Source: Eledone cirrhosa
Taxonomy: Eukaryota
Reading direction: 5' to 3'
DNA: 64,000 nucleotides
Assembly (NCBI GenBank): GCA_964016885.1
Contig: OZ024743.1
Coordinates: forward strand, 143,344,001-143,408,000
The notes under the pieces are model-generated. The model did not search any database. It saw only the letters and a list, made by a program, of their open reading frames with translations, and was not told where the DNA came from. Shown here in pieces: positions 10,901 through 23,450 of this stretch; the stretch's first letter is position 1, and each line of letters opens with the position of its first letter. A program made the translations under genes and the position numbers.

Positions 10901-13900
10901 TGGTGCTTGAAGTTTGGTGTTTGGTGCTTGGTGCTTGGTGCTTGGTCCTTGGTCTTTGGTGCTTGGTGTTTGGTGCTTGGTGTTTGGTGCTTGGTGCTTG
11001 GTGCTTGGTGCTTGGTGTTTGGTGCTTGGTGCTTGGTGTTTGGTGTTTGGTGCTTGGTGTTTGGTGCTTGGTACTTGGTGCTTGGTGTTAGGTATTTGGT
11101 GCTTGGTGCTTGGTGTTTGGTTTTTGGTGCTTGGTGCTTGGTGTTTGGTGTTTGGTGCTTGCTGCTGGCTGCTTGGTGTTTGGTGCTTGGTGATTGGTGC
11201 TTGGTGTTTGGTGCTTGGTGTTTGGTGTTTGGTGCTAGGTGCTTGGTGTTTGGTGCTTGGTGCTTGGTGTTTGGTGTTTGGTGTTTGGTGCTTGGTGCTT
11301 GATGTTTGGTGCTTGGTGCTGGGTGGTTGGTGTTTGGTGCTTGGTGTTTGGTGCTGGGTGCTTGGTGTTTGGTGCTTGGTGCTTGGTCTTTGGTGCTTGG
11401 TGTTTGGTGTTTGGTGCTTGGTGCTTCGTGTTTGGTGCTTCGTGCTTGGTTTTTGGTGCTTGGTGCTTGGTGCTTAGTGTTTGGTGCTAGGTGCTTGGGG
11501 TTTGGTGTTTGGTGCTTGGTGCTTGGTGTTTGGTGTTTGGTGCTTGGTGCTTGGTGTTTGGTGTTTGCTGTTTGCTGTTTGGTGTTTGTTGTTTGGTGTT
11601 TGTTGTTTGCTGTTTGGTGTTAGGTGTTTGATGTTTGCTGTTTGGTGTCTGCTTTTTGGTGTTTGGTGTTTGCTGTATGTTGTTTGCTGTTTGGTGTTTG
11701 GTGTTTGGTGCTTGGTGCTTGGTGTTTGGTGCTTGGTGCTTGGTGTTTGGTGCCTGGTGCTTGGTGCTTGGTGTTTGGTGTTTGGTGTTTGGTGCTTGGA
11801 GTTTGGTGTTTGGTGCTTGGTGCTTGGTGTTTTGTGTTTGGTGTTTGGTTTTGGTGCTTGGTGCTTGGTGCTTGGTCCTTGGTGTTTGGTGCTGGGTGCT
11901 TTGTGTTTTGTGCTTGGTGCTTGGTGTTTGGTGTTTGCTGCTTGGTGTTTGATGCTTGGTGCTTGGTGCTTGGTGTTTTGTGTTTGGTGCTTGGTGCTTG
12001 GTGTTTGGTGCTTGGTGCTTGGTGCTTGGTGTTTGTACTTGGTGCTTGGTGCTTGGTGTTTGGTTCTTGGTGCTTCGTACTTGGTGCTTGGTGTTTGGTG
12101 TTTGGTGCTTGGTGTTTGGTGCTTGGTGCTTGGTGCTTGGTGTTAGGTGTTTGGTGCTTGGTGCTTGGTGTTTGGTGCTTCATGCTTGGTGCTTGGTGTT
12201 TGGTGCTTGGTTTTTGGAGCTTAGTTTCTGGTGCTTGGTGTTTGGTGCTTGGTGCTTGGTGTTTGGTGCTTGGTGTTAGGTGTTTGGTGCTTGGTGTTTG
12301 ATCCTTGGTGCTTGGTGTTTGGTGTTTGGTGCTTGGTGTTTGGTGTTTGGTGCTTGCTGCTTGGTGTTTGGTGTTTTGGTGTTTTGTGCTAGGTGCTTGG
12401 TGTTTGGTACTTGGTGATTGGTGCTTGGTGCTTCGTGTTTTGTGTTTGGTGTTTGGTCTTTGGTGCTTGGTGTTTGGTGCTTGGTGCTTGGTGCTTGGTG
12501 TTTGGTGTTTGGTGCTTGGTGCTTGGTGTTTGGTGTTTGTTGTTTGGTGCTTTGTGTCTGGTGCTTGGTGTTTGGTGCTTGGTGTTTGGTGTTCGGTGTT
12601 TGGTGCTTATTGCTTGGTGCTTGGTGTTTGGTGCTTGGTGCTTGGTGTTTGGTGCTGGGTGCTTGGTGCTTGGTGTTTGGTGTTTGGTGCTTGGTGCTTG
12701 GTGCTTGGTGATTGGTGTTTGGTGTTATATGCTTGGTGTTTGATGCTTGGTGCTTGGTGTTTGGTCTTTGGTGTTTGATGCTTGGTGCTTGGTGCTTTGT
12801 GTTTGGTGCTTGGTGCTTGGTGTTTGTACTTGGTGCTTGGTGCTTGGTGCTTGGTGTTTGGTGCTTGGTGCCTGGTGCTTGGTGTTTGGTGCTTGGTGTT
12901 TGGTGTTTGGTGTTTGGTGCTTGGTGTTTGGTGTTTGGTGCTTGGTGTTTGGTGCCTGGTGCTTGGTGCTTGGTGTTTGGTGTTTGGTGCTTGGTGCTTG
13001 AAGTTTGGTGTTTGGTGCTTGGTGCTTGGTGCTTGGTCCTTGGTCTTTGGTGCTTGGTGTTTGGTGCTTGGTGTTTGGTGCTTGGTGCTTGGTGCTTGGT
13101 GCTTGGTGTTTGGTGCTTGGTGCTTGGTGTTTGGTGTTTGGTGCTTGGTGTTTGGTGCTTGGTACTTGGTGCTTGGTGCTTGGTGTTAGATGTTTGGTGC
13201 TTGGTGCTTGGTGTCTGGTTTTTGGTGCTTGGTGCTTGGTGTTTGTTGTCTGGTGCTTGCTGCTGGCTGCTTGGTGTTTGGTGCTTGGTGATTGGTGCTA
13301 GGTGTTTGGTGCTAGGAGCTTGGTGTTTGGTGCTTGGTGCTTGGTGTTTGTACTTGGTGCTTGGTGTTTGGTGCTTGGTGCTTGGTGTTTGGTGTTTGGT
13401 GTTTGGTGCTTGGTGTTTGGTGCTTGGTACTTGGTGCTTGGTGCTTGGTGTTAGGTGTTTGGTGCTTGGTGCTTGGTGTTTGGTTTTTGGTGCTTGGTGT
13501 TTGGTGTTTGGTGCTGGCTGCTTGGTGTTTGATGCTTGGTGATTGGTGCTTGGTGTTTGGTGCTTGGTGTTTGGTGTTTGGTGCTAGGTGCTTGGTGCTT
13601 GGTGTTTGGTGCTTAGTGCTTGGTGTTTGGTGCTTGGTGCTTGGTGCTTGGTGCTTGGTGTTTGGTGGTTGGTGTTTGTTGCTTGGTGTTAGGTGTTTGG
13701 TGCTTGGTGGTTGGTGTTTGGTGCTTGGTGTTAGGTGTTTGGTGCTTGGTGCTTGGTGTTTGGTGTTTGGTGCTTGGTGTTTTGTGTTTGGTGTTTGGTG
13801 CTTGGTGCTTGGTGGTTGGTGCTTGCTGCTTGGTGCTTGGTGTTTGGTGGTTGGTGTTTGGTACTTGGTGTTAGGTGTTTGGTGCTTGGTGTTTGGTCTT

Positions 13901-16900
13901 TTGGTGTTTTGTGCTAGGTGCTTGGTGTTTGGTACTTGGTGATTGGTGCTTGGTGCTTCGTGTTTGTGTTTGGTGTTTGGTCTTTGGTGCTTGGTGTTTG
14001 TTGCTTGGTGCTTGGTGCTTGGTGTTTGGTGTTTGGTGCTTGGTGCTTGGTGTTTGGTGTTTGTTGTTTGGTGCTTGGTGTCTGGTGCTTGGTGTTTGGT
14101 GCTTGGTGTTTGGTGTTCGGTGTTTGGTGCTTTTTGCTTGGTGCTTGGTGCTTGGTGTTTGGTGCTTGGTGCTTGGTGTTTGGTGCTGGGTGCTTGGTGC
14201 TTGGTGTTTGGTGTTTGGTGCTTGGTGCTTGGTGATTGGTGTTTGGTGTTATATGCTTGGTGTTTGATGCTTGGTGCTTGGTGCTTGGTGTTTGGTCTTT
14301 GGTGTTTGATGCTTGGTGCTTGGTGCTTGGTGTTTGGTGCTTGGTGCTTGGTGTTTGTACTTGGTACTTGGTGCTTGGTGCTTGGTGTTTGGTGCTTGGT
14401 GTTTGGTGCTTTGTGCTTGGTGTTTGGTGGTTGGTGTTTGGTGCTTGGTGTTAGGTGTTTGGTGCTTGGTGCTTGGTGTTTGGTGTTTGGTGCTTGGTGT
14501 TTGGTGTTTGGTGCTTGGTGTTTGGTGCTTGGTACTTGGTGCTTGGTGCTTGGTGTTAGGTGTTTGGTGCTTGGTGCTTGGTGCTTGGTGTTTGGTGCTT
14601 GGTGTTTGGTGCTTGGTGTATGGTGCTTGGTGCTTGGTGCTTGGTGCTTGGTGTTTGGTGGTTGGTGTTTGGTGCTTGGTGTTAGGTGTTTGGTGCTTGG
14701 TGCTTGGTGTTTGGTGTTTGGTGCTTGGTGTTTGGTGTTTGGTGCTTGGTGTTTGGTGCTTTTTGCTTGGTGCTTGGTGTTTGATGCTTGGTGCTTGGTG
14801 TTTGGTGCTGGGTGCTTGGTGCTTGGTGTTTGGTGTTTGGTGCTTGGTGTTTGGTGTTTGGTGTTATATGCTTGGTGTTTGATGCTTGGTGCTTGGTGCT
14901 TGTTGTTTGGTGTTTGGTGCTTGGTGTTTGATGCTTGGTGCTTGATGCTTGGTGTTTGGTGCTTGGTGCTTGGTGTTTGGTGCTTGGTGCTTGGTGTTTG
15001 GTGCTTGGTGTTTGGTGCTTGGTGCTTGGTGCTTGGTGCTTGGTGTTTGGTGGTTGGTGCTTGGTGCTTGGTGTTAGGTGTTTGGTGCTTGGTGCTTGGT
15101 GTTTGGTGTTTGGTGCTTGGTGTTTGGTGCTTGGTACTTGGTGCTTGGTGTTCGGTGTTTGGTGCTTGGTGCTTGGTGTCTGGTTTTTGGTGCTTGGTGC
15201 TTGGTGTTTGGTGTTTGGTGCTTGCTGCTGGCTGCTTGGTGTTTGGTGCTTGGTGATTGGTGCTAGGTGTTTGGTGCTAGGTGCTTGGTGTTTGGTGCTT
15301 GGTGCTTGGTGTTTGTACTTGGTGCTTGGTGCTTGGTTCTTGGTGTTTGGTGCTTGGTGCTTGGTGTTTGGTGCTTGGTGCTTGGTGTTTGGTGTTTGGT
15401 GCTTGGTGTTTGGTGCTTGGTGCTTGGTGCTTGGTGTTTGGTGCTTGGTGTTTGGTGCTTGGTGTTAGGTGTTTGGTGCTTGGTGCTTGGTGTTTGGTGT
15501 TTGGTGCTTGGTGTTTGGTGTTTGGTGTTATAAGCTTGGTGTTTGATGCTTGGTGCTTGGTGCTTGGTGTTTGGTGCTTGGTATTTGATGCTTGGTGCTT
15601 GGTGCTTGGTGTTTGGTGCTTGGTGCTTGGTGTTTGTACTTGGTGCTTGGTGCTTGGTTCTTGGTGTTTGGTGCTTGGTGCTTGGTGTTTGGTGCTTGGT
15701 GCTTGGTGTTTGGTGCTTGGTGTTTGGTGCTTGGTGTTTGGTGCTTGGTGCTTGGTGCTTGGTGTTTGGTGCTTGGTGTTTGGTGCTTGGTGTTAGGTGT
15801 TAGTTGCTTGATGTTTGGTGTTTGGTGCTTGGTGTTTGGTCTTAGGTGTTTGGTGCTTGGTGTTTGGTGTTTGGTGCTTGGTGTTTGGTGCTTGGTGCTT
15901 GGTGTTTGGTGTTTGGTGCTTGGTGTTTGGTGCTTGGTACTTGGTGCTTGGTGTTTGGTGTTAGGTGTTTGGTGCTTGGTGCTTGGTGTTTGGTTTTTGG
16001 TGCTTGGTGTTTGGTGTTTGGTGCTGGCTGCTTCGTGTTTGATGCTTGGTGATTGGTGCTTGGTGTTTGGTGCTTGGTGTTTGGTGTTTGGTGCTAGGTG
16101 ATTGGTGCTTGGTGTTTGGTGCTTGGTGCTTGGTGCTTGGTGTTTGGTGCTTGGTGTTTGGTGCTTGGTGCTTGGTGTTTGGTGTTTGGTGCTTGGTGCT
16201 TGGTGCTTGGTGCTTGGTGTTTGGAGTTTGGTGCTTGGTGTTAGGTGTTTGGTGCTTGGTGTTTGGTGCTTGGTGCTTGGTGTTTGGTGCTTGGTGTTTG
16301 GTGCTTGGTGTTAGGTGTTTGGTGCCTGGTGCTTGGTGTTTGGTTTTTGGTGCTTGGTGCTTGGTGTTTGGTGTTTGGTCCTTGCTGCTGGCTGCTTGGT
16401 GTTTGGTTCTTGGTGATTGGTGCTTGGTGTTTGGTGCTTGGTGCTTGGTGTTTGTACTTGGTGCTTGGTCCTTGGTTCTTGGTGTTTGGTGTTTGGTTTT
16501 TGGTGCTTGGTGCTTGGTGTTTGGTGTTTGGTCCTTGCTGCTGGCTGCTTGGTGTTTGGTTCTTGGTGCTTGGTGCTTGGTGTTTGGTGCTTGGTGTTTG
16601 GTGCTTGGTGTTTGGTGCTTGGTGTTTGGTGCTTGGTGCTTGGTGTTTGGTGCTTGGTGCTTGGTGTTTGGTGCCTGGTGCTTGGTGCTTGGTGTTTGGT
16701 GTTTGGTGCTTGGTGCTTGAAGTTTGGTGTTTGGTGCTTGGTGCTTGGTCCTTGGTCTTTGGTGCTTGGTGTTTGGTGCTTGGTGTTTGGTGCTTGGTGC
16801 TTGGTGCTTGGTGCTTGGTGTTTGGTGCTTGGTGCTTGGTGTTTGGTGTTTGGTGCTTGGTGTTTGGTGCTTGGTACTTGGTGCTTGGTGTTAGGTATTT

Positions 16901-18490
16901 GGTGCTTGGTGCTTGGTGTTTGGTTTTTGGTGCTTGGTGCTTGGTGTTTGGTGTTTGGTGCTTGCTGCTGGCTGCTTGGTGTTTGGTGCTTGGTGCTTGG
17001 TGTTTGGTGCTTGGTGTTTGGTGTTTGGTGCTAGGTGCTTGGTGTTTGGTGCTTGGTGCTTGGTGTTTGGTGTTTGGTGTTTGGTGCTTGGTGCTTGATG
17101 TTTGGTGCTTGGTGCTGGGTGGTTGGTGTTTGGTGCTTGGTGTTTGGTGCTGGGTGCTTGGTGTTTGGTGCTTGGTGCTTGGTCTTTGGTGCTTGGTGTT
17201 TGGTGTTTGGTGCTTGGTGCTTGGTGTTTGGTGCTTGGTGCTTGGTGTTTGGTGCTTGGTGCTTGGTGCTTAGTGTTTGGTGCTAGGTGCTTGGGGTTTG
17301 GTGTTTGGTGCTTGGTGCTTGGTGTTTGGTGCTTGGTGCTTGGTGTTTGGTGTTTGGTGCTTGGTGTTTGGTGTTTGCTGTTTGCTGTTTGGTGTTTGTT
17401 GTTTGGTGTTTGTTGTTTGCTGTTTGGTGTTAGGTGTTTGATGTTTGCTGTTTGGTGTCTGCTTTTTGGTGTCTGGTGTTTGCTGTATGTTGTTTGCTGT
17501 TTGGTGTTTGGTGTTTGGTGCTTGGTGCTTGGTGTTTGGTGCTTGGTGCTTGGTGTTTGGTGCCTGGTGCTTGGTGCTTGGTGTTTGGTGTTTGGTGTTT
17601 GGTGCTTGGAGTTTGGTGTTTGGTGCTTGGTGTTTGGTGTTTTCTGTTTGGTGTTTGGTTTTGGTGCTTGGTGCTTGGTGCTTGGTCCTTGGTGTTTGGT
17701 GCTGGGTGCTTTGTGTTTTGTGCTTGGTGCTTGGTGCTTGGTGTTTGATGCTTGGTGCTTGGTGCTTGGTGTTTTGTGTTTGGTGCTTGGTGCTTGGTGT
17801 TTGGTGCTTGGTGCTTGGTGTTTGTACTTGGTGCTTGGTGCTTGGTGTTTGGTTCTTGGTGTTTCGTACTTGGTGCTTGGTGTTTGGTGTTTGGTGCTTG
17901 GTGTTTGGTGCTTAGTGCTTGGTGCTTGGTGTTAGGTGTTTGGTGCTTGGTGCTTGGTGTTTGGTGCTTCATGCTTGGTGCTTGGTGTTTGGTGCTTGGT
18001 TTTTGGAGCTTAGTTTCTGGTGCTTGGTGTTTGGTGCTTGGTGCTTGGTGTTTGGTGCTTGGTGTTAGGTGTTTGGTGCTTGGTGTTTGATCCTTGGTGC
18101 TTGGTGTTTGGTGTTTGGTGCTTGGTGTTTGGTGTTTGGTGCTTGCTGCTTGGTGTTTGGTGTTTGGTGCTTGGTGTTTGGTGCTTGGTGTTTGGTGCTT
18201 GGTGCTTGGTGTTTGGTGCTTGGTGCTTGGTGTTTGGTGCCTGGTGCTTGGTGCTTGGTGCTTGGTGTTTTGTACTTGGTGATTGGTGCTTGGTGCTTCG
18301 TGTTTTGTGTTTGGTGTTTGGTCTTTGGTGCTTGGTGTTTGGTGCTTGGTGCTTGGTGCTTGGTGTTTGGTGTTTGGTGCTTGGTGCTTGGTGTTTGGTG
18401 TTTGTTGTTTGGTGCTTGGTGTCTGGTGCTTGGTGTTTGGTGCTTGGTGTTTGGTGTTCGGTGTTTGGTGCTTTTTGCTTGGTGCTTGGT
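6850..18490 (+). repeat. ~1.5 kb block duplicated at offset 10,082 (~6870-8410 versus ~16950-18490)
   Basis: ORF pairs 6953/17035, 7020/17102, 7938/18020, 8201/18283. Shared TTTGTAC fusion monomer at 8187/18269. Confidence 0.88.
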
Positions 18491-21400
18491 GTTTGGTGCT
18501 TGGTGCTTGGTGTTTGGTGCTGGGTGCTTGGTGCTTGGTGTTTGGTGTTTGGTGCTTGGTGCTTGGTGCTTGGTGATTGGTGTTTGGTGTTATATGCTTG
18601 GTGTTTGATGCTTGGTGCTTGGTGTTTGGTCTTTGGTGTTTGATGCTTGGTGCTTGGTGCTTTGTGTTTGGTGCTTGGTGCTTGGTGTTTGTACTTGGTG
18701 CTTGGTGCTTGGTGCTTGGTGTTTGGTGCTTGGTGCCTGGTGCTTGGTGTTTGGTGCTTGGTGTTTGGTGTTTGGTGCTTGGTGTTTGGTGCTTGGTGCT
18801 TGGTGTTAGGTGTTTGGTGCTTGGTGTTTGGTGCTTGGTGTTTGGTGCTTAGTGCTTGGTGCTTGGTGCTTGGTGCTTGGTGTTTGGTGGTTGGTGTTTG
18901 GTGCTTGGTGTTAGGTGTTTGGTGCTTGGTGGTTGGTGTTTGGTGCTTGGTGTTAGGTGTTTGGTGCTTGGTGCTTGGTGTTTGGTGTTTGGTGCTTGGT
19001 GTTTTGTGTTTGGTGTTTGGTGCTTGGTGCTTGGTGGTTGGTGCTTGCTGCTTGGTGCTTGGTGCTTGGTGTTTGGTGGTTGGTGTTTGGTACTTGGTGT
19101 TAGGTGTTTGGTGCTTGGTGTTTGGTCTTTTGGTGTTTTGTGCTAGGTGCTTGGTGTTTGGTACTTGGTGATTGGTGCTTGGTGCTTCGTGTTTTGTGTT
19201 TGGTGTTTGGTTTTTGGTGCTTGGTGTTTGGTGCTTGGTGCTTGGTGCTTGGTGTTTGGTGTTTGGTGCTTGGTGCTTGGTGTTTGGTGTTTGTTGTTTG
19301 GTGCTTGGTGTCTGGTGCTTGGTGTTTGGTGCTTGGTGTTTGGTGTTCGGTGTTTGGTGCTTTTTGCTTGGTGCTTGGTGCTTGGTGTTTGGTGCTTGGT
19401 GCTTGGTGTTTGGTGCTGGGTGCTTGGTGCTTGGTGTTTGGTGTTTGGTGCTTGGTGCTTGGTGATTGGTGTTTGGTGTTATATGCTTGGTGTTTGATGC
19501 TTGGTGCTTGGTGCTTGGTGTTTGGTCTTTGGTGTTTGATGCTTGGTGCTTGGTGCTTGGTGTTTGGTGCTTGGTGCTTGGTGTTTGTACTTGGTACTTG
19601 GTGCTTGGTGCTTGGTGTTTGGTGCTTGGTGTTTGGTGCTTGGTGCTTGGTGTTTGGTGGTTGGTGTTTGGTGGTTGGTGTTTGGTGCTTGGTGTTAGGT
19701 GTTTGGTGCTTGGTGCTTGGTGTTTGGTGTTTGGTGCTTGGTGTTTGGTGTTTGGTGCTTGGTGCTTGGTACTTGGTGCTTGGTGCTTGGTGTTAGGTGT
19801 TTGGTGCTTGGTGCTTGGTGCTTGGTGTTTGGTGCTTGGTGTTTGGTGCTTGGTGTATGGTGCTTGGTGCTTGGTGCTTGGTGCTTGGTGTTTGGTGGTT
19901 GGTGTTTGGTGCTTGGTGTTAGGTGTTAGGTGTTTGGTGCTTGGTGCTTGGTGTTTGGTATTTGGTGCTTGGTGTTTGGTGTTTGGTGCTTGGTGTTTGG
20001 TGCTTTTTGCTTGGTGCTTGGTGTTTGATGCTTGGTGCTTGGTGTTTGGTGCTGGGTGCTTGGTGCTTGGTGTTTGGTGTTTGGTGCTTGGTGTTTGGTG
20101 TTTGGTGTTATATGCTTGGTGTTTGATGCTTGGTGCTTGGTGCTTGTTGTTTGGTGTTTGGTGCTTGGTGTTTGATGCTTGGTGCTTGGTGCTTGGTGTT
20201 TGGTGCTTGGTGCTTGGTGTTTGGTGCTTGGTGCTTGGTGTTTGGTGCTTGGTGTTTGGTGCTTGGTGCTTGGTGCTTGGTGCTTGATGTTTGGTGGTTG
20301 GTGCTTGGTGCTTGGTGTTAGGTGTTTGGTGCTTGGTGCTTGGTGTTTGGTGTTTGGTGCTTGGTGTTTGGTGCTTGGTACTTGGTGCTTGGTGTTCGGT
20401 GTTTGGTGCTTGGTGCTAGGTGTCTGGTTTTTGGTGCTTGGTGCTTGGTGTTTGGTGTTTGGTGCTTGCTGCTGGCTGCTTGGTGTTTGGTGCTTGGTGA
20501 TTGGTGCTAGGTGTTTGGTGCTAGGTGCTTGGTGTTTGGTGCTTGGTGCTTGGTGTTTGTACTTGGTGCTTGGTGCTTGGTTCTTGGTGTTTGGTGCTTG
20601 GTGCTTGGTGTTTGGTGCTTGGTGCTTGGTGTTTGGTGTTTGGTGCTTGGTGTTTGGTGCTTGGTGCTTGGTGCTTGGTGTTTGGTGCTTGGTGTTTGGT
20701 GCTTGGTGTTAGGTGTTTGGTGCTTGGTGCTTGGTGTTTGGTGTTTGGTGCTTGGTGTTTGGTGTTTGGTGTTATAAGCTTGGTGTTTGATGCTTGGTGC
20801 TTGGTTCTTGGTGTTTGGTGCTTGGTGTTTGATGCTTGGTGCTTGGTGCTTGGTGTTTGGTGCTTGGTGCTTGGTGTTTGTACTTGGTGCTTGGTGCTTG
20901 GTTCTTGGTGTTTGGTGCTTGGTGCTTGGTGTTTGGTGCTTGGTGCTTGGTGTTTGGTGCTTGGTGTTTGGTGCTTGGTGTTTGGTGCTTGGTGCTTGGT
21001 GCTTGGTGTTTGGTGCTTGGTGTTTGGTGCTTGGTGTTAGGTGTTAGTTGCTTGATGTTTGGTGTTTGGTGCTTGGTGTTTGGTCTTAGGTGTTTGGTGC
21101 TTGGTGTTTGGTGTTTGGTGCTTGGTGTTTGGTGCTTGGTGCTTGGTGTTTGGTGTTTGGTGCTTGGTGTTTGGTGCTTGGTACTTGGTGCTTGGTGCTT
21201 GGTGTTAGGTGTTTGGTGCTTGGTGCTTGGTGTTTGGTTTTTGGTGCTTGGTGTTTGGTGTTTGGTGCTGGCTGCTTCGTGTTTGATGCTTGGTGATTGG
21301 TGCTTGGTGTTTGGTGCTTGGTGTTTGGTGTTTGGTGCTAGGTGATTGGTGCTTGGTGTTTGGTGCTTGGTGCTTGGTGCTTGGTGTTTGGTGCTTGGTG

Positions 21401-23450
21401 TTTGGTGCTTGGTGCTTGGTGTTTGGTGTTTGGTGCTTGGTGCTTGGTGCTTGGTGCTTGGTGTTTGGTGCTTGGAGTTTGGTGCTTGGTGTTAGGTGTT
21501 TGGTGCTTGGTGTTTGGTGCTTGGTGCTTGGTGTTTGGTGCTTGGTGTTTGGTGCTTGGTGTTAGGTGTTTGGTGCTTGGTGCTTGGTGTTTGGTTTTTG
21601 GTGCTTGGTGCTTGGTGTTTGGTGTTTGGTCCTTGCTGCTGGCTGCTTGGTGTTTGGTTCTTGGTGATTGGTGCTTGGTGTTTGGTGCTTGGTGTTTGGT
21701 GTTTGGTGCTAGGTGCTTGGTGTTTGGTGCTTGGTGCTTGGTGTTTGTACTTGGTGCTTGGTCCTTGGTTCTTGGTGTTTGGTGTTTGGTTTTTGGTGCT
21801 TGGTGCTTGGTGTTTGGTGTTTGGTCCTTGCTGCTGGCTGCTTGGTGTTTGGTTCTTGGTGCTTGGTGCTTGGTGTTTGGTGCTTGGTGTTTGGTGCTTG
21901 GTGTTTGGTGCTTGGTGTTTGGTGCTTGGTGCTTGGTGTTTGGTGCTTGGTGCTTGGTGTTTGGTGCCTGGTGCTTGGTGCTTGGTGTTTGGTGTTTGGT
22001 GCTTGGTGCTTGAAGTTTGGTGTTTGGTGCTTGGTGCTTGGTGCTTGGTCCTTGGTCTTTGGTGCTTGGTGTTTGGTGCTTGGTGTTTGGTGCTTGGTGC
22101 TTGGTGCTTGGTGCTTGGTGTTTGGTGCTTGGTGCTTGGTGTTTGGTGTTTGGTGCTTGGTGTTTGGTGCTTGGTACTTGGTGCTTGGTGTTAGGTATTT
22201 GGTGCTTGGTGCTTGGTGTTTGGTTTTTGGTGCTTGGTGCTTGGTGTTTGGTGTTTGGTGCTTGCTGCTGGCTGCTTGGTGTTTGGTGCTTGGTGCTTGG
22301 TGTTTGGTGCTTGGTGTTTGGTGTTTGGTGCTAGGTGCTTGGTGTTTGGTGCTTGGTGCTTGGTGTTTGGTGTTTGGTGTTTGGTGCTTGGTGCTTGATG
22401 TTTGGTGCTTGGTGCTGGGTGGTTGGTGTTTGGTGCTTGGTGTTTGGTGCTGGGTGCTTGGTGTTTGGTGCTTGGTGCTTGGTCTTTGGTGCTTGGTTTT
22501 TGGTGTTTGGTGCTTGGTGCTTGGTGTTTGGTGCTTGGTGCTTGGTGTTTGGTGCTTGGTGCTTGGTGCTTAGTGTTTGGTGCTAGGTGCTTGGGGTTTG
22601 GTGTTTGGTGCTTCGTGCTTGGTGTTTGGTGCTTGGTGCTTGGTGTTTGGTGTTTGGTGCTTGGTGCTTGGTGTTTGGTGTTTGCTGTTTGCTGTTTGGT
22701 GTTTGTTGTTTGGTGTTTGTTGTTTGCTGTTTGGTGTTAGGTGTTTGATGTTTGCTGTTTGGTGTCTGCTTTTTGGTGTTTGGTGTTTGCTGTATGTTGT
22801 TTGCTGTTTGGTGTTTGGTGTTTGGTGCTTGGTGCTTGGTGTTTGGTGCTTGGTGCTTGGTGTTTGGTGCCTGGTGCTTGGTGCTTGGTGTTTGGTGTTT
22901 GGTGTTTGGTGCTTGGAGTTTGGTGTTTGGTGCTTGGTGCTTGGTGTTTTGTGTTTGGTGTTTGGTTTTGGTGCTTGGTGCTTGGTGCTTGGTCCTTGGT
23001 GTTTGGTGCTGGGTGCTTTGTGTTTTGTGCTTGGTGCTTGGTGCTTGGTGTTTGATGCTTGGTGCTTGGTGCTTGGTGTTTTGTGTTTGGTGCTTAGTGC
23101 TTGGTGTTTGGTGCTTGGTGCTTGGTGCTTGGTGTTTGTACTTGGTGCTTGGTGCTTGGTGTTTGGTTCTTGGTGTTTCGTACTTGGTGCTTGGTGTTTG
23201 GTGTTTGGTGCTTGGTGTTTGGTGCTTGGTGCTTGGTGCTTGCTGTTAGGTGTTTGGTGCTTGGTGCTTGGTGTTTGGTGCTTCATGCTTGGTGCTTGGT
23301 GTTTGGTGCTTGGTTTTTGGAGCTTAGTTTCTGGTGCTTGGTGTTTGGTGCTTGGTGCTTGGTGTTTGGTGCTTGGTGTTAGGTGTTTGGTGCTTGGTGT
23401 TTGATCCTTGGTGCTTGGTGTTTGGTGTTTGGTGCTTGGTGTTTGGTGTT
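13540..23450 (+). repeat. Diverged duplication at offset ~5.2-5.3 kb (~13600-18150 versus ~18850-23450)
   Basis: ORF pairs 13875/19104 (5229), 15267/20511 (5244), 15846/21090 (5244), 17035/22335 (5300). TTGGAGC at 18003/23317. Confidence 0.8.

Larger units (their letters stand above)
430..16120 (+). repeat. ~5 kb block duplicated at an offset of ~10.68 kb (~430-5430 versus ~11120-16120)
   Basis: ORF offsets 10689, 10682, 10681, 10675 and 10689 (550/11239, 1623/12305, 3555/14236, 4592/15267, 5157/15846). Shared rare variants TAGGAGC, TTATTGC, TATAAGC, TAGTTGC. Confidence 0.92.

Noticed and set aside
13958-13970. 1-bp T deletion relative to the paralogue at ~3277-3290 (offset 10682 to 10681)
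   Set aside because: A single homopolymer indel that could be a consensus error, so it is not interpretable alone.
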